Below are positions 28,325 through 38,281 of a stretch of DNA of 64,000 bases, one piece after another. The notes beneath the pieces were generated by a model, which was not told the DNA's origin, ran no database searches, and saw only the letters and a list, made by a program, of their open reading frames with translations. How positions within the stretch are numbered: the stretch's first letter is position 1; every line of letters starts with the position of its first letter. The translations under genes and the position numbers were made by a program. This stretch comes from an uncultured virus (IMG/VR IMGVR_UViG_2548877036_000001) (taxonomy: Duplodnaviria; Heunggongvirae; Uroviricota; Caudoviricetes). The stretch lies in IMG/VR virus record IMGVR_UViG_2548877036_000001. The stretch is one strand, 5' to 3'.

Positions 28325-31300
28325 CTATGCCGACTGCTGCAGCGCTAGTTTCTCTTGCTGCAATCGCCGGGCCACCGCGTCAACATCGATTCGTGCGGTC
28401 TGCACCATCACGTAGTCGTCGGCGTCGACGATGATCCGCCCTTGTCCGGCACGCCAGCGCATCGGCTTGAGGTGGTACGCCTGACCGATGGGATCGCCGG
28501 ACGACGGCGGGCTGGCCAGCTGCAGGATGGGCGCCATCATGTTCTCGCGCAACGCCACCAGGAACTCAGATGACTTCACCCGGCTTGCGAACCCGCTGCT
28601 GCTGTCCGAGACGATGAAGTGCACGCCGAGGTCCGTTCCGGTAGCGAGTAGTTCACTGATGCTCACGCCGCCGTATCGCACCTCATCGAACACCGACTTG
28701 GCCGAGTGCCCCTTGGACATGTTGGCGAAGTTGTCGACAAACACGTATACCTCGGGCCCGGTGAAGAAGGTCCGCGAGCTCAGCTGCTCGGCGGTCGCAT
28801 CATCGGTGGGACGGCGCGACCCCATCAGCTTGACCAACATCTCCGCTGTGTCAGCGATGTCCTCGGCGCTGGTGACATATCCCGGCGGACGTATCCGTTC
28901 GCGAACCATCGCTCCGTCGCGCTCCACTTCCCGGAACTTGGCGGGCTTGACGAATCCTCGCGCGTACAGACGATCTCGTTCTCCAAGGTGCTGTCGCAGC
29001 GGATCGATCACAATGATGATCGCGTCTTTCGGGGTGAATTGACGCATCACCGACTCCATGACGCTGCGCAGCAAGTTGGTCTTGCCGGCGCCCTTCTCGC
29101 TGTAGACCAACAGGTTCTGCGAGAAGTTCGGAACCGGAGCCAAGGACAACGTGTCCATCCGCACGCCCAGCGGGATGATCGTGTTCACGGGATGGCGGTC
29201 CTTGTCGCTGAGCGGAGCGAAGGCAGACCACACCTGCTCGTAGTCGATCACCGGGTCCGCCGGCAGTACCTTGACCACGCGCTGCTCGGCCAGTTCAGCT
29301 GATAGATGCAGGCACAGGTTCCGAATCTCTTCACCATGATCATGGATCTTGAAATCCTTCATACCCTTGACGTAACCGTCCTCTTCGATCTCCCGGAAGA
29401 TCGGAACCGCGGTGCGGCACTGCAACAGTGTCAGCGGGTCCAAAGACCGACCAGGCTGATCCACCGGAATGCGCTCGCTCAGGGTGAAGCGCACTTCGGA
29501 AGAAACCTTGGCCCCGGCGTAGTCCGTCGACGGCAGCTGAACACCGCCGTTGACCTCCGCGGTGTAGTGAGTCACGTTGCCCGCGTTACCCGACCCTCCC
29601 GAATCCGCGGTGTACACCAGGTGCACACCCACAGCGGCACCCTTATCCAGGATCGGGCGCAGCAGCTGCGCACGCACAGCGCGGTCATCCTTCTCGCCGA
29701 GGAATCCACCAATGCCGTCAATGGCCACAATCACGTACCCATACGGGTCATCTGCCACAGGGGCATTGGCCTTGGACGCCAAATATGCGTCAACCGAGGA
29801 TGCTTGGCGGTCAACCATCTCGCGGCGTCGCACTTCGATCAAGCGTGAAGCCTCACCGAGAATGCGCGCGGTGGTCTCGTCGTCTTCCGGTCGTGCGTAC
29901 GCCGCGACATTGGGACTGTCTTTGACCTCTCCGAGCTTGCCGGTGCCGTAGTCGGCGAGCATGAATGCCAAACGCTCCGGTCCGTGTTGAATGCAGCCGC
30001 ACACGACCAGTGTCTGAAGCAGCGTGGTACGCCCCGACTTGCCTGCACCGGCGATCACCTGGTGCGGGATGTTCCCGCCGAAGTCCATGAACCACGGCAG
30101 TCGCGTGTGCTTCTCGGGAGCATCGAGGTCGCCCACCCTGATCTTCAGCCCCTTGACTTCTCGGGTCAGATTGAGCGTCGGCAGCGACAAAGGCTCCCGC
30201 AGCGATGGCTTCCACAGGTCCAAGGTGCGCATATCGGACAGTCGCGAGGCCTTCTCCAGGAGCACGTCGGCCATCTTCTCGCCGAATTGTTCCTCGGTGA
30301 CCTCCACCGTGTCTTCTTCGACCTCCGGAGTGAATCCCCGGGTAGCGAACAGCGTGAACGGGACTACAGGCTCTGCAACTGCACCGGAGCCGTCCGCCCG
30401 AGAGCGAGCACGCTCTGTCACCGTTCGCCGGATGTAGGGGGCCTCGTGATGGAATGCAGCCACTTCAACGGGAGCAGCGTCAGTGGTGAACTTGCGCAGG
30501 ATCTTTCCCTTGAGGCCACCCTTCTTGCCCACCATCGTCGCTGCGTCGTCGGTGCCGAGCATCGCGATGGAATAACTCGCGCTGTTAACCGACAGCGAGT
30601 AGCGGAAACTCAAGTGCTCAAAGAGGTCACCGATCACGTCCTTGTTGATGAACTGGCTGCACATCACCAGGTGCATACCCAGCGAGCGACCAACGCGACC
30701 GACACGAATCAACAGATCCAAGTAGCCGGGGCGTTCCTTGAGGAACTCGCCGAACTCGTCGATGATGACGATCAAGTCTGGGAGCGGAGGCCAGCTTGGA
30801 TCGTTCGGGTGCTTCCGCTGCTGCTCCCGATAGTCGAAGATGTCCTTGCAGCCCTTTTCGGTGGTGATGAACTCCTCGCGGCGATTCACTTCGCCGTTGA
30901 TCACCGCACCGAGCCGGTCGACCAGTTCCATCGTGTTCTCAAGGTTGGAGATAGATGCCACGACATGCGGCAGCCCGTCCATCCCCAGGAACGTTGCGCC
31001 GCCCTTGAAGTCGGCCAGGATCAGCGCCACCTTGTCCGGGCCGTACATGGCGATGAGCGCCAGCACTATCGCGCGCAGGAAGTACGACTTGCCCGATCCG
31101 GTACGTCCGGCCACCGCACCGTGCGGGCCGTTGCCGTCCCGGTTCTCCTCGTAGAAGTTCAGGTAGGTCAGCTCTGAGGTGAGTTCGTCGCCCTTGCGGT
31201 AGTAGCCGAACGGAACCTTGATTTCATCGGTGTAGGCGTTGCGCTTCCACACTTCGATCAAGTCGTGGGTCTCGATATCGCCGATCTCCAGTACTTCGAA

Positions 31301-32602
31301 GAAGTCCGGAATGTGGTCGGGGCGATCATCGACGACGGCTCCGTCGACGCCGTAGTTGCGTGGGCGCCACTTGTACATGGCCCGCGCGAATACTTCGGCT
31401 TGCGCGATCGTCACCGAGTCCGCGGCGGCCGCGTCGTAGTCGTCGACTGTTGAGACGCGGCCGTCCTTGAGCAGAACGCGGCTCTTCATCTTTACGGGGT
31501 CGGTGACCAGGTCTTGGCCGTAGCGCACCACGAACCAGGTCATGCCGTTGACTCCGCCAGAGATGTTCGCCGGCCAGGACACCATCGCGTCTGGTAGATC
31601 GATGATTAGCAGCAGATGTGGTGGGCGATCGTCGCTGTCCTCGTTGCGCATCCGTTCGATCTGCGCCGCGTGCATCGCTGCGAATTCGTCGAGGCTGCGC
31701 CATGTGAGCAGCCGCGCGCCCAGCCCCTTTTCAACCCGCGTCACATCTTCGGTGTGTGGCAGCCACTTCACCCATTCCCACGTCTTGGGGTCGTTGGTTA
31801 CCACGCCGATGTTCAGATCACTGGGCCGATGGTTGAATGCCAGCGACATAAGCATGGCCCGTACAAGCCCCAGCCTGCCTTCTTCGTCACCGCGCATCGC
31901 ATAGGCGGGAAACTCGTTGAGCCGCACATCGATCGGAAGGTTGGCGACTACCGACAAAGTGTTGATGGCGCGGTCGTAGCGCACCATTGTCGCCGATTCC
32001 TGCATCTCGGGGACGACATCTTCCGCTTGGATCAGCTTCGGATACAACGGCGCCACACCGATACCGACACGGGCACGCAAGTACGGGTTGGACGTCAGAT
32101 TCTTGACATCCGGGTCCGATTCGTCGGCTGGCGCAACTACCCGACCGATGTCGAGATTACGGTCCGCCTGCCACATCTCGTGAGTGCCGACCAGCGACAG
32201 AAGGTCAGCCGGATGCGGGAAACACATGGTGCGCAGATCGTGCATAGCGCGACCCTGGTCGTAGATCTCGAAACGCCTCTCGCGCAGCTCGAGATCGTAT
32301 TCCTCTATCTCTTGGTCGATGTCGCCCCCGCTGGTGCCCTGGTTGCGCATCTGCATGGCGTACATCAGCGGCATCATGAGCATCAGCGGCATGCTGGAGA
32401 GCATGGTGACGATGGCGCGCTGGCCGGTGACCAGTGACATCACCACCATGCCGACCATCGCGGCGACCATGATCAAAGGCATTGCGCGAAGCCAAATGGG
32501 TCGCTTGTCCGGCGCGGGCATGCCCAGCGGCTCCCTGATCTGTACACCGGTGGGCGACAGCTGAACTGACTCGCGCGGCGGAACCCGGAAAACGGTAAAC
32601 AT
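28325..32602 (-). CDS. eccC: type VII secretion FtsK/SpoIIIE ATPase EccC (single chain)
   Basis: two N-terminal TMs, WEWVKWLPH, GPHG..GRTGSGKS, DFKGGATF, IDEF, GRVGRSLGMHL, further Walker A motifs GAGKSGRT and SEKGAGKT. Confidence 0.92.
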   Translation of the reverse strand: MFTVFRVPPRESVQLSPTGVQIREPLGMPAPDKRPIWLRAMPLIMVAAMVGMVVMSLVTGQRAIVTMLSSMPLMLMMPLMYAMQMRNQGTSGGDIDQEIEEYDLELRERRFEIYDQGRAMHDLRTMCFPHPADLLSLVGTHEMWQADRNLDIGRVVAPADESDPDVKNLTSNPYLRARVGIGVAPLYPKLIQAEDVVPEMQESATMVRYDRAINTLSVVANLPIDVRLNEFPAYAMRGDEEGRLGLVRAMLMSLAFNHRPSDLNIGVVTNDPKTWEWVKWLPHTEDVTRVEKGLGARLLTWRSLDEFAAMHAAQIERMRNEDSDDRPPHLLLIIDLPDAMVSWPANISGGVNGMTWFVVRYGQDLVTDPVKMKSRVLLKDGRVSTVDDYDAAAADSVTIAQAEVFARAMYKWRPRNYGVDGAVVDDRPDHIPDFFEVLEIGDIETHDLIEVWKRNAYTDEIKVPFGYYRKGDELTSELTYLNFYEENRDGNGPHGAVAGRTGSGKSYFLRAIVLALIAMYGPDKVALILADFKGGATFLGMDGLPHVVASISNLENTMELVDRLGAVINGEVNRREEFITTEKGCKDIFDYREQQRKHPNDPSWPPLPDLIVIIDEFGEFLKERPGYLDLLIRVGRVGRSLGMHLVMCSQFINKDVIGDLFEHLSFRYSLSVNSASYSIAMLGTDDAATMVGKKGGLKGKILRKFTTDAAPVEVAAFHHEAPYIRRTVTERARSRADGSGAVAEPVVPFTLFATRGFTPEVEEDTVEVTEEQFGEKMADVLLEKASRLSDMRTLDLWKPSLREPLSLPTLNLTREVKGLKIRVGDLDAPEKHTRLPWFMDFGGNIPHQVIAGAGKSGRTTLLQTLVVCGCIQHGPERLAFMLADYGTGKLGEVKDSPNVAAYARPEDDETTARILGEASRLIEVRRREMVDRQASSVDAYLASKANAPVADDPYGYVIVAIDGIGGFLGEKDDRAVRAQLLRPILDKGAAVGVHLVYTADSGGSGNAGNVTHYTAEVNGGVQLPSTDYAGAKVSSEVRFTLSERIPVDQPGRSLDPLTLLQCRTAVPIFREIEEDGYVKGMKDFKIHDHGEEIRNLCLHLSAELAEQRVVKVLPADPVIDYEQVWSAFAPLSDKDRHPVNTIIPLGVRMDTLSLAPVPNFSQNLLVYSEKGAGKTNLLRSVMESVMRQFTPKDAIIIVIDPLRQHLGERDRLYARGFVKPAKFREVERDGAMVRERIRPPGYVTSAEDIADTAEMLVKLMGSRRPTDDATAEQLSSRTFFTGPEVYVFVDNFANMSKGHSAKSVFDEVRYGGVSISELLATGTDLGVHFIVSDSSSGFASRVKSSEFLVALRENMMAPILQLASPPSSGDPIGQAYHLKPMRWRAGQGRIIVDADDYVMVQTARIDVDAVARRLQQEKLALQQSA

Positions 32603-32623
32603 GACTTGTTCCTTCCTTGGCGG

Positions 32624-34354
32624 TCAGCGACCGGCAGTTGAGAGATCGTTGACGGCACGGGCCGGCGCGGCGGATTCACCGCTTGCATTGGCCGCGGGAT
32701 CAGCGCTGGGCGGGCCCGGTTGTTGTGGGGACGAAGGTTCTTGCTCTTCCTCTTCGGAAGGTGGGGGCGGTGGCGGTTGCCCTTGCGTGGAGGGCGGATT
32801 CGGAACCTGGGATGAGGGGTTGATGGTTCCTTGCATGACTTGGGCGTTCTTGATCGACAAGGTCGCGCCAGGGGCATAGAGCTTGGCAACAGCCGCCGGA
32901 ATCGGTGTCGGCGAAATCGAATCGAATCCCAGCGCTTTGACGGTTGGGTCATACGAGACCCCGCCGTTGCGCGCGATTACCACGTCGATGGGGAATCGAG
33001 TTCCGTTGGGGTCGATCCACAGCAGTTGCTCCGCTGCAACTGAATCGGTGCTGTCGCCGGTAGTGCGCGCGTACCAGCCGTAACCGGGACGGGTGATTGA
33101 ATCGGTCGCCTGATCAGTGGTTCCGTTGTTCGGCAGTAGGTGTACTGCCGCCACCCGACCCGACTCGGTAACTGGCATCCGCGAATTGGTGAAAATCCGG
33201 GTATGAGCTGTGAGCTCACCGACTGTCTTGGTCCAGCTCCAGCACAGGGCGGGCTCACTGACCAGCGTCGGCACCTGAGCGGGGAAACGTGAATCGTCCA
33301 CGATTGCGATCCGCGGCATCGCCTGCACCGAGGCCGGGTCGTCGACGAGCTTCTGTGCGGCTCCGGTGTTGATCATCATCTGCGCGAGAACAGGACTGAC
33401 CTGCTGCACCCCCCCAGACCCGACCAAGTAAAAGGCCCGCGCCCCTGAGGCGGTTGTCACGGTCAGCACATCGCCGATGGCTGAACCGTTCACCGTCGGG
33501 CTGGGCTGGCCCTGGTTGACGAGCCTTGGCGCGGTGAGCACCGGCGAGGGAGCGATCGTGGCGAGCAGCGAGGGAGAGACGGTCACTGCGGATTCGATCA
33601 GCGATGGTGTCAGGCCCAGCGCGGCCTGGGCGGCATAGTCGCCGCGACCGACTTCTGCCCGAGTGTCCCGATACAGCAGCCACAACCGCGTCGGGTCACC
33701 AGCGGGTTTAACCAACACCGCGCGGGTGTTTCCCAGATCAGTTCCACCATCGAGCATGTCGTCTCCGGCGATCACAGCTGTGGTGATGTCGCCGGTCTTG
33801 AGCAGCGAGAGCGGTACCGCGGTGTCACGCCAGTCGCACACAGTCCACACCGCTGTTTCATCAGTTCGGGGCGACAACAGATTCGGCGCGCTGGGGATGC
33901 CCATGAGCGGGCCGGTGGGCAGCGAACGCAGCGCTGCGTCGGTGGCCACTTTGGCTTCCTCCGGCTTGCCGACGATCAGGCGTGCCGAAGCCAGGTTGGT
34001 TACTGGGTGCAGCCGGCCGTTGAACTGAACGAAGATGCCGCCGGAACGAGTTGTCATGATTGCGGCGACGCCCGAATCGGGCTTGGGGTTGATCAGCGAG
34101 ACGATGAAGGCCGCCACGAGAACAAGCACGCCGCCCACGAGGCTCACTGACAGCGACCCCCGCAGACGAGTCAGGGGCGAGCCGACACCGCGCACATCCT
34201 GACGCGACAGTGCTTCGTCGATGCGATTGAGTTCACGCTTGTACCCTTTGATCTGGCGACCGGTGGTCACATACCAGGGCACTGCTGTGTCGGTGCGATT
34301 GCGTGCACGCTTGGGCCCCTCGGCCTGTCGGCCATCGGCAGAATTCCCGGCCAC
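32624..34354 (-). CDS. eccB: type VII secretion protein EccB
   Basis: TTGRQIKGY, TM, LHPVTNLASARLI, GIPSAP, WTVCD, LCWSW; GTG 34354 with AGGAG RBS. Confidence 0.92.
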   Translation of the reverse strand: MAGNSADGRQAEGPKRARNRTDTAVPWYVTTGRQIKGYKRELNRIDEALSRQDVRGVGSPLTRLRGSLSVSLVGGVLVLVAAFIVSLINPKPDSGVAAIMTTRSGGIFVQFNGRLHPVTNLASARLIVGKPEEAKVATDAALRSLPTGPLMGIPSAPNLLSPRTDETAVWTVCDWRDTAVPLSLLKTGDITTAVIAGDDMLDGGTDLGNTRAVLVKPAGDPTRLWLLYRDTRAEVGRGDYAAQAALGLTPSLIESAVTVSPSLLATIAPSPVLTAPRLVNQGQPSPTVNGSAIGDVLTVTTASGARAFYLVGSGGVQQVSPVLAQMMINTGAAQKLVDDPASVQAMPRIAIVDDSRFPAQVPTLVSEPALCWSWTKTVGELTAHTRIFTNSRMPVTESGRVAAVHLLPNNGTTDQATDSITRPGYGWYARTTGDSTDSVAAEQLLWIDPNGTRFPIDVVIARNGGVSYDPTVKALGFDSISPTPIPAAVAKLYAPGATLSIKNAQVMQGTINPSSQVPNPPSTQGQPPPPPPSEEEEQEPSSPQQPGPPSADPAANASGESAAPARAVNDLSTAGR

Positions 34355-34507
34355 TGCAACTCCTTCTTCGCCAAGACAGCCGGCCAGGCGGCCGGTCTCG
34401 ATGCGTGGGGAGGGTGGCAAAAACCAGCGACTACAGCAGCCCGCGGCGCGAGGAGTGACAAAGGGGCAGCCGCGTCTGGCACCGCTGTTCAGACAAGCCG
34501 TGGTGTA

Positions 34508-34524
34508 TTCTCCGTTTTAGAGAA
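34508..34524. promoter_or_regulatory. palindromic box TTCTCY-N5-RGAGAA, copy 3
   Basis: TTCTCC-GTTTT-AGAGAA between divergent eccB and XRE gene. Confidence 0.7.
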
Positions 34525-34553
34525 CTTGAGTTGTACACCAGGAGGCATGCCTT

Positions 34554-34856
34554 ATGCGCACAGACTCCGCCACACCCAAAAGGGCAGGCGGCCCACTATT
34601 GCTGACGGATTCAGCCATCGGCGCAGCAATCCGCAGCCGCCGAGGCGAGGTTCAACAAGGTGAAGTGGCTAGACGCGCAGGGCTCAATCTCAGCGTGTAC
34701 TCCCGCATCGAGCGTGGTGAACGGCCCTGCCGTGTATCAGAAATGGTGAGCATCGCCAAGGCGCTCAACACCCCTGAAGACGAGATGCTCAAACTGATCA
34801 GGGAGCAAGTCGCCGAGCAAGAGGCAGTGAAACGCCTCAGGAAAAGCGATGGCTGA
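34554..34856 (+). CDS. XRE-family HTH regulator (paralogue A)
   Basis: QGEVARRAGLNLSVYSRIERGERPCRVSE. Confidence 0.85.
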   Translation: MRTDSATPKRAGGPLLLTDSAIGAAIRSRRGEVQQGEVARRAGLNLSVYSRIERGERPCRVSEMVSIAKALNTPEDEMLKLIREQVAEQEAVKRLRKSDG

Positions 34857-35487
34857 CAGCGCACTACACATCGGGATCGACATCGACGGAGTGCTGGCCG
34901 ACTATATGGCTGGAGTCGCCGCCGTTGGCCAGAGCATGGGGCTGACGATGGACGGATCGGCGAGCGGACCCACCAAATACGGCCTAGTGGAGCCCGGTTG
35001 GTTTCCTGACGATGAATCCGCGTCGAAGGCAATGACCCAGTTGCGCGACAGCGGAGGCCTGCGCAAACTAGCGCTGCTTGACACCGGAGCTGCCGCGGCT
35101 ATCAGGCGCTTGCGCATTGCCGGCCATCGCGTATCGATCGTGACCGCCCGGCATTCCGGCGGACGCTACACACAGTCGCGCGACGAGCAGCGCATCGCGC
35201 GCGAAACCATCGACTGGCTGACAGAACACGAAATCTTGCCCGACGACCTGAGATTTGAGCGGCGCAAGAGCGTGGTCGGCTGCCAGATCTACATCGATGA
35301 CGCACCACACATCATCGAGGAACTGCGCCAGAACGGTCGCCGCGCCGTTGTCTACGACCAGCCATACAACCGACACCTACCAGGTGAGCGCGTATCCAAT
35401 ATGGCTGAATTCACCGAATTGGTACTGGCCGCAGCCGATGAACGAAAGCATCGTTCTAGGCCCACGAACGAGTCAGCTGCGCCCTGA
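34849..35487 (+). CDS. HAD-superfamily 5'(3')-deoxyribonucleotidase-like protein
   Basis: IDIDGVLAD, IVTAR, K..IYIDDAP, QPYNR. Confidence 0.85.
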   Translation: MADSALHIGIDIDGVLADYMAGVAAVGQSMGLTMDGSASGPTKYGLVEPGWFPDDESASKAMTQLRDSGGLRKLALLDTGAAAAIRRLRIAGHRVSIVTARHSGGRYTQSRDEQRIARETIDWLTEHEILPDDLRFERRKSVVGCQIYIDDAPHIIEELRQNGRRAVVYDQPYNRHLPGERVSNMAEFTELVLAAADERKHRSRPTNESAAP

Positions 35488-35531
35488 TCGTTGGCGAGCC
35501 CATCGGCCAGAGATGTCAGAGCGTCCTGATA

Positions 35532-35548
35532 TTCTCTAAAATAGAGAA
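35532..35548. promoter_or_regulatory. palindromic box TTCTCY-N5-RGAGAA, copy 4
   Basis: TTCTCT-AAAAT-AGAGAA upstream of 35564. Confidence 0.75.
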
Positions 35549-35563
35549 GTCGATGAGGTGGTC

Positions 35564-35920
35564 ATGAAGCAACTAGCTTGCCAAGAGAGCAGCACTGAGA
35601 ACACGACAGTTCAGCCCTCCTTCATATGTGGGTTCGACGACGGAGCGAGGTCCAATGCGTGCACCAATCCGGCTCCCGACGATGCCAGTTATTGCAGCCA
35701 GCACGACCCTGAGGTGGTCACTATCGAACGCAGCTACCTGGTCCGAGTGGTGCAGACCTACACGGGCAGACTCCCTGAAAGCCGGGAGGAACGTACTGAC
35801 GATGTTGACCAGTTCATTTGCGACAACTTTCTTTTGGTCAGCGACGAAACCGAGACCGTCGACGAGGACGAACTTCAGGTGATCCTGCGACACCCCGATG
35901 GATCAGCCGAAGTGCTCTGA
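35564..35920 (+). CDS. hypothetical protein
   Basis: GAGG RBS; C..C..CSQH cluster. Confidence 0.6.
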   Translation: MKQLACQESSTENTTVQPSFICGFDDGARSNACTNPAPDDASYCSQHDPEVVTIERSYLVRVVQTYTGRLPESREERTDDVDQFICDNFLLVSDETETVDEDELQVILRHPDGSAEVL

Positions 35921-35965
35921 AATCTCCGTTGACGCCGCATCCACAACCCGAGAGGAACCCGGCCC

Positions 35966-36222
35966 ATGGCCAACGCAACGCACACCGTTCGGACAATCAC
36001 TGAGCACCGGTTCACTGTGCCGTGCGAATTGCCTCACGGGGAAACTGGCAGGACTTCGATGTCGCACGCGCGATGGCCGAGAACGTCGCACGTGAGCACG
36101 GCATCAACACCAGCACCGACGGTTGGTCTCGGCTGCGCTGCGAAGATGATCAGTTGGTGATCGTCTTGACCGTTGAAGGGCCGGACGATCTACCACCAGC
36201 TCATGGGCCTGGCAATGTCTGA
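35966..36222 (+). pseudogene. small gene split by a 1-nt frameshift at the GGGGAAAC run (about 36038)
   Basis: ORFs 35966..36160 and 36022..36222 join into one plausible protein if one G is added. Confidence 0.5.
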
Positions 36223-36691
36223 GCCCACAACACTGCCGCCGTTCAGCGGTTATCCGCTAGATATGTTTGCGCCCATTGACATGGAGCGCTCCGGCCTCCA
36301 GTCGCCGGACACTCCCCTGGTTCGCATCCTGCGCCGCGGACGCTCCGCCTACGAAGGTGGAGCTGTCAACTGGTTACACGAGGCCCGCGACGAGGTGAGC
36401 CCACAAAGTGAGGCGGACTTCTTCGAACGATCGACTCAGCAGTGGACGCATCCACCCGATGCCAATGGTTGGTTCTACAGCTACTGGAGCTATCCGGCAC
36501 ACAGTTGCGATCTCGGCTGCAACGAGGAGCCCTTCGTCGATGTATGTGCCGTGCGCTGGGTGAACGCCGACCAGATTCCCGAAGGCGAACGCAGCGTCGC
36601 GGGTCGGCCGCTCAACCCGGATGGAACACCGCATCAGCGCCGGCCCCAAGCGACTTGTCGCCGAGGCTTCGCCCAAATCGCGGGCAACTAG
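36215..36691 (+). CDS. hypothetical protein
   Basis: ATG 36215 overlapping the upstream ORF end. Confidence 0.6.
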   Translation: MSEPTTLPPFSGYPLDMFAPIDMERSGLQSPDTPLVRILRRGRSAYEGGAVNWLHEARDEVSPQSEADFFERSTQQWTHPPDANGWFYSYWSYPAHSCDLGCNEEPFVDVCAVRWVNADQIPEGERSVAGRPLNPDGTPHQRRPQATCRRGFAQIAGN

Positions 36692-36724
36692 ATCCGCATT
36701 TTCTGCGTATCCGCATTTTCTGCG
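36692..36724. promoter_or_regulatory. tandem ATCCGCATTTTCTGCG x2, candidate operator
   Basis: exact 16-mer at 36692 and 36709, followed by TACCAT and ATG 36738. Confidence 0.6.
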
Positions 36725-36737
36725 GTACCATATCGCT

Positions 36738-37130
36738 ATGGATGGCAGATACGACCAGATTCGCGAGGAGCTGCGTCAGGCCGAAAGCGCCACCGCTGCC
36801 GGCTCTCTGCCGCATCTTCGCGCTGCGGTCGATTTGGCGAGCCAACTGATCGACGAGCACATGGCCGAAGCCGTTATCGACGGGCAACTCAGCATTCGCG
36901 CTGCCGGCGCCCAGGTTGGACTGACCGAGAACTCGGTGGGACCGCGGCTGGCACGAACCCCACAACTGAATCCCTACGCACGCGGCGACGGACGGGTCAC
37001 CGCGTCGGAGATCAATCGGGCCCGCTACGACCGCGAGGCCGGAGTCCCCGCACCGACACCAGCGGAGCAGCCCGAACCACTGCGATTCAAACCGCGCCGC
37101 AACAACACTCAACCCAAGGAGACGAAATGA
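36738..37130 (+). CDS. small putative HTH protein
   Basis: LSIRAAGAQVGLTENSVGPRL helix-turn-helix-like; probably leaderless. Confidence 0.6.
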   Translation: MDGRYDQIREELRQAESATAAGSLPHLRAAVDLASQLIDEHMAEAVIDGQLSIRAAGAQVGLTENSVGPRLARTPQLNPYARGDGRVTASEINRARYDREAGVPAPTPAEQPEPLRFKPRRNNTQPKETK

Positions 37131-37765
37131 CCAACCCCGACCTCACCTGGATTCTGTTCCTGCTCGACCGCTCCGGATCGATGAGGCAGATCAAGAAGGC
37201 CACCGAAGAGGGTTTCGATGCCTTTATCGCCGAGCAGCGCAAGGCGCCCGGCCAGTGCGCGGTGACACTGGCCCAGTTCGATACCGAATACGAGGTTGTC
37301 TACTCCCAGAGGCCACTCGATGAGGTTCCGCCGCTTACGCTGGTACCGCGCAACAGCACGGCTCTGCTCGACTCGATGGCCAACCTGATTGTGGAATCTG
37401 GGCTTCAGCTCGCAGAGATGCCCGAAGCAGAGCGTCCGGGCACCGTGATCGTGGCGATCATGACCGACGGGCTGGAGAATGCAAGTCGCGAGTGGACGCA
37501 CCCGATGATCAAGGAGCTGGTTCAGCAGCAGACCGAGCAGTACGGCTGGCAGTTCCTGTACATGGGAGCCAACCAAGACGCGATCGAGGAAGGCGCCAAG
37601 CTTGGCGTGTCTGGTGACTACTCACTCGATTTCGCCGGGGCCAACGTGGGGCAGGCGATGACTGTTACCTCGCAGAATGTCCTGTCATATCGATCGGCGC
37701 GGTCTACCGATCTGACCGCGTCGATGCCGACATACACCGCCGAACAGCGGCGCTCGTCAAAGTAG
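37127..37765 (+). CDS. vWA-domain protein
   Basis: MIDAS LLDRSGSM, TALLDS, MTDGLENAS, FLYMGANQD. Confidence 0.9.
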   Translation: MTNPDLTWILFLLDRSGSMRQIKKATEEGFDAFIAEQRKAPGQCAVTLAQFDTEYEVVYSQRPLDEVPPLTLVPRNSTALLDSMANLIVESGLQLAEMPEAERPGTVIVAIMTDGLENASREWTHPMIKELVQQQTEQYGWQFLYMGANQDAIEEGAKLGVSGDYSLDFAGANVGQAMTVTSQNVLSYRSARSTDLTASMPTYTAEQRRSSK

Positions 37766-37773
37766 GCACACAC

Positions 37774-37812
37774 AGCGACCGGCGTCTGGGGTAGACCCCA
37801 GGCCCGGTCGCT
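37774..37812 (+). terminator. stem-loop after the vWA gene
   Basis: AGCGACCGG..CTGGGG-TAGA-CCCCAG..CCGGTCGCT. Confidence 0.65.
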
Positions 37813-37966
37813 TCTGCATGGTCAGACATGGCTCCCGGGCACAGCGTCTGCTGCGAATTGACCTAGCTGCGGCCTCGCTGCTCCAGGTGCGATTAACAGC
37901 AAGAGACATCACGATGTTGTCACGTCCCTGGCGTGGTTCCCTTGGCTAGCGCGCTACCAGGGGATA

Positions 37967-37983
37967 TTCTCCGCATTAGAGAA
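37967..37983. promoter_or_regulatory. palindromic box TTCTCY-N5-RGAGAA, copy 5
   Basis: TTCTCC-GCATT-AGAGAA upstream of XRE paralogue B. Confidence 0.7.
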
Positions 37984-38005
37984 TTTCTCGCCCCGAAAGG
38001 ACCCC

Positions 38006-38281
38006 ATGCCTGTCTCTCCGCAGCGGAAGTTCGAGCTACCGGATTCAGCTGTCGGTGACGCCCTCAATGCGGCGCGCCGGAAGGCTCAGCTCGAGTTGCA
38101 GGACGCGGGACCGCTCGCCGGCCTTGATTGGCGAGTCCTTTCACGCATCGAGCGCGGCGAGCGACCCTGCCGTGTGACCGAGCTCGTGGCTCTCGCTGCC
38201 GCCTATTCACGCCCGCCGGAAACGATCCTGCTCGCAGCGACTGGGGACCCAGAAGCATGGAAAGAGCTTCTCAACCCGTAG
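38006..38281 (+). CDS. XRE-family HTH regulator (paralogue B)
   Basis: DSAVG..LSRIERGERPCRVTE, similar to 34554..34856. Confidence 0.85.
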   Translation: MPVSPQRKFELPDSAVGDALNAARRKAQLELQDAGPLAGLDWRVLSRIERGERPCRVTELVALAAAYSRPPETILLAATGDPEAWKELLNP

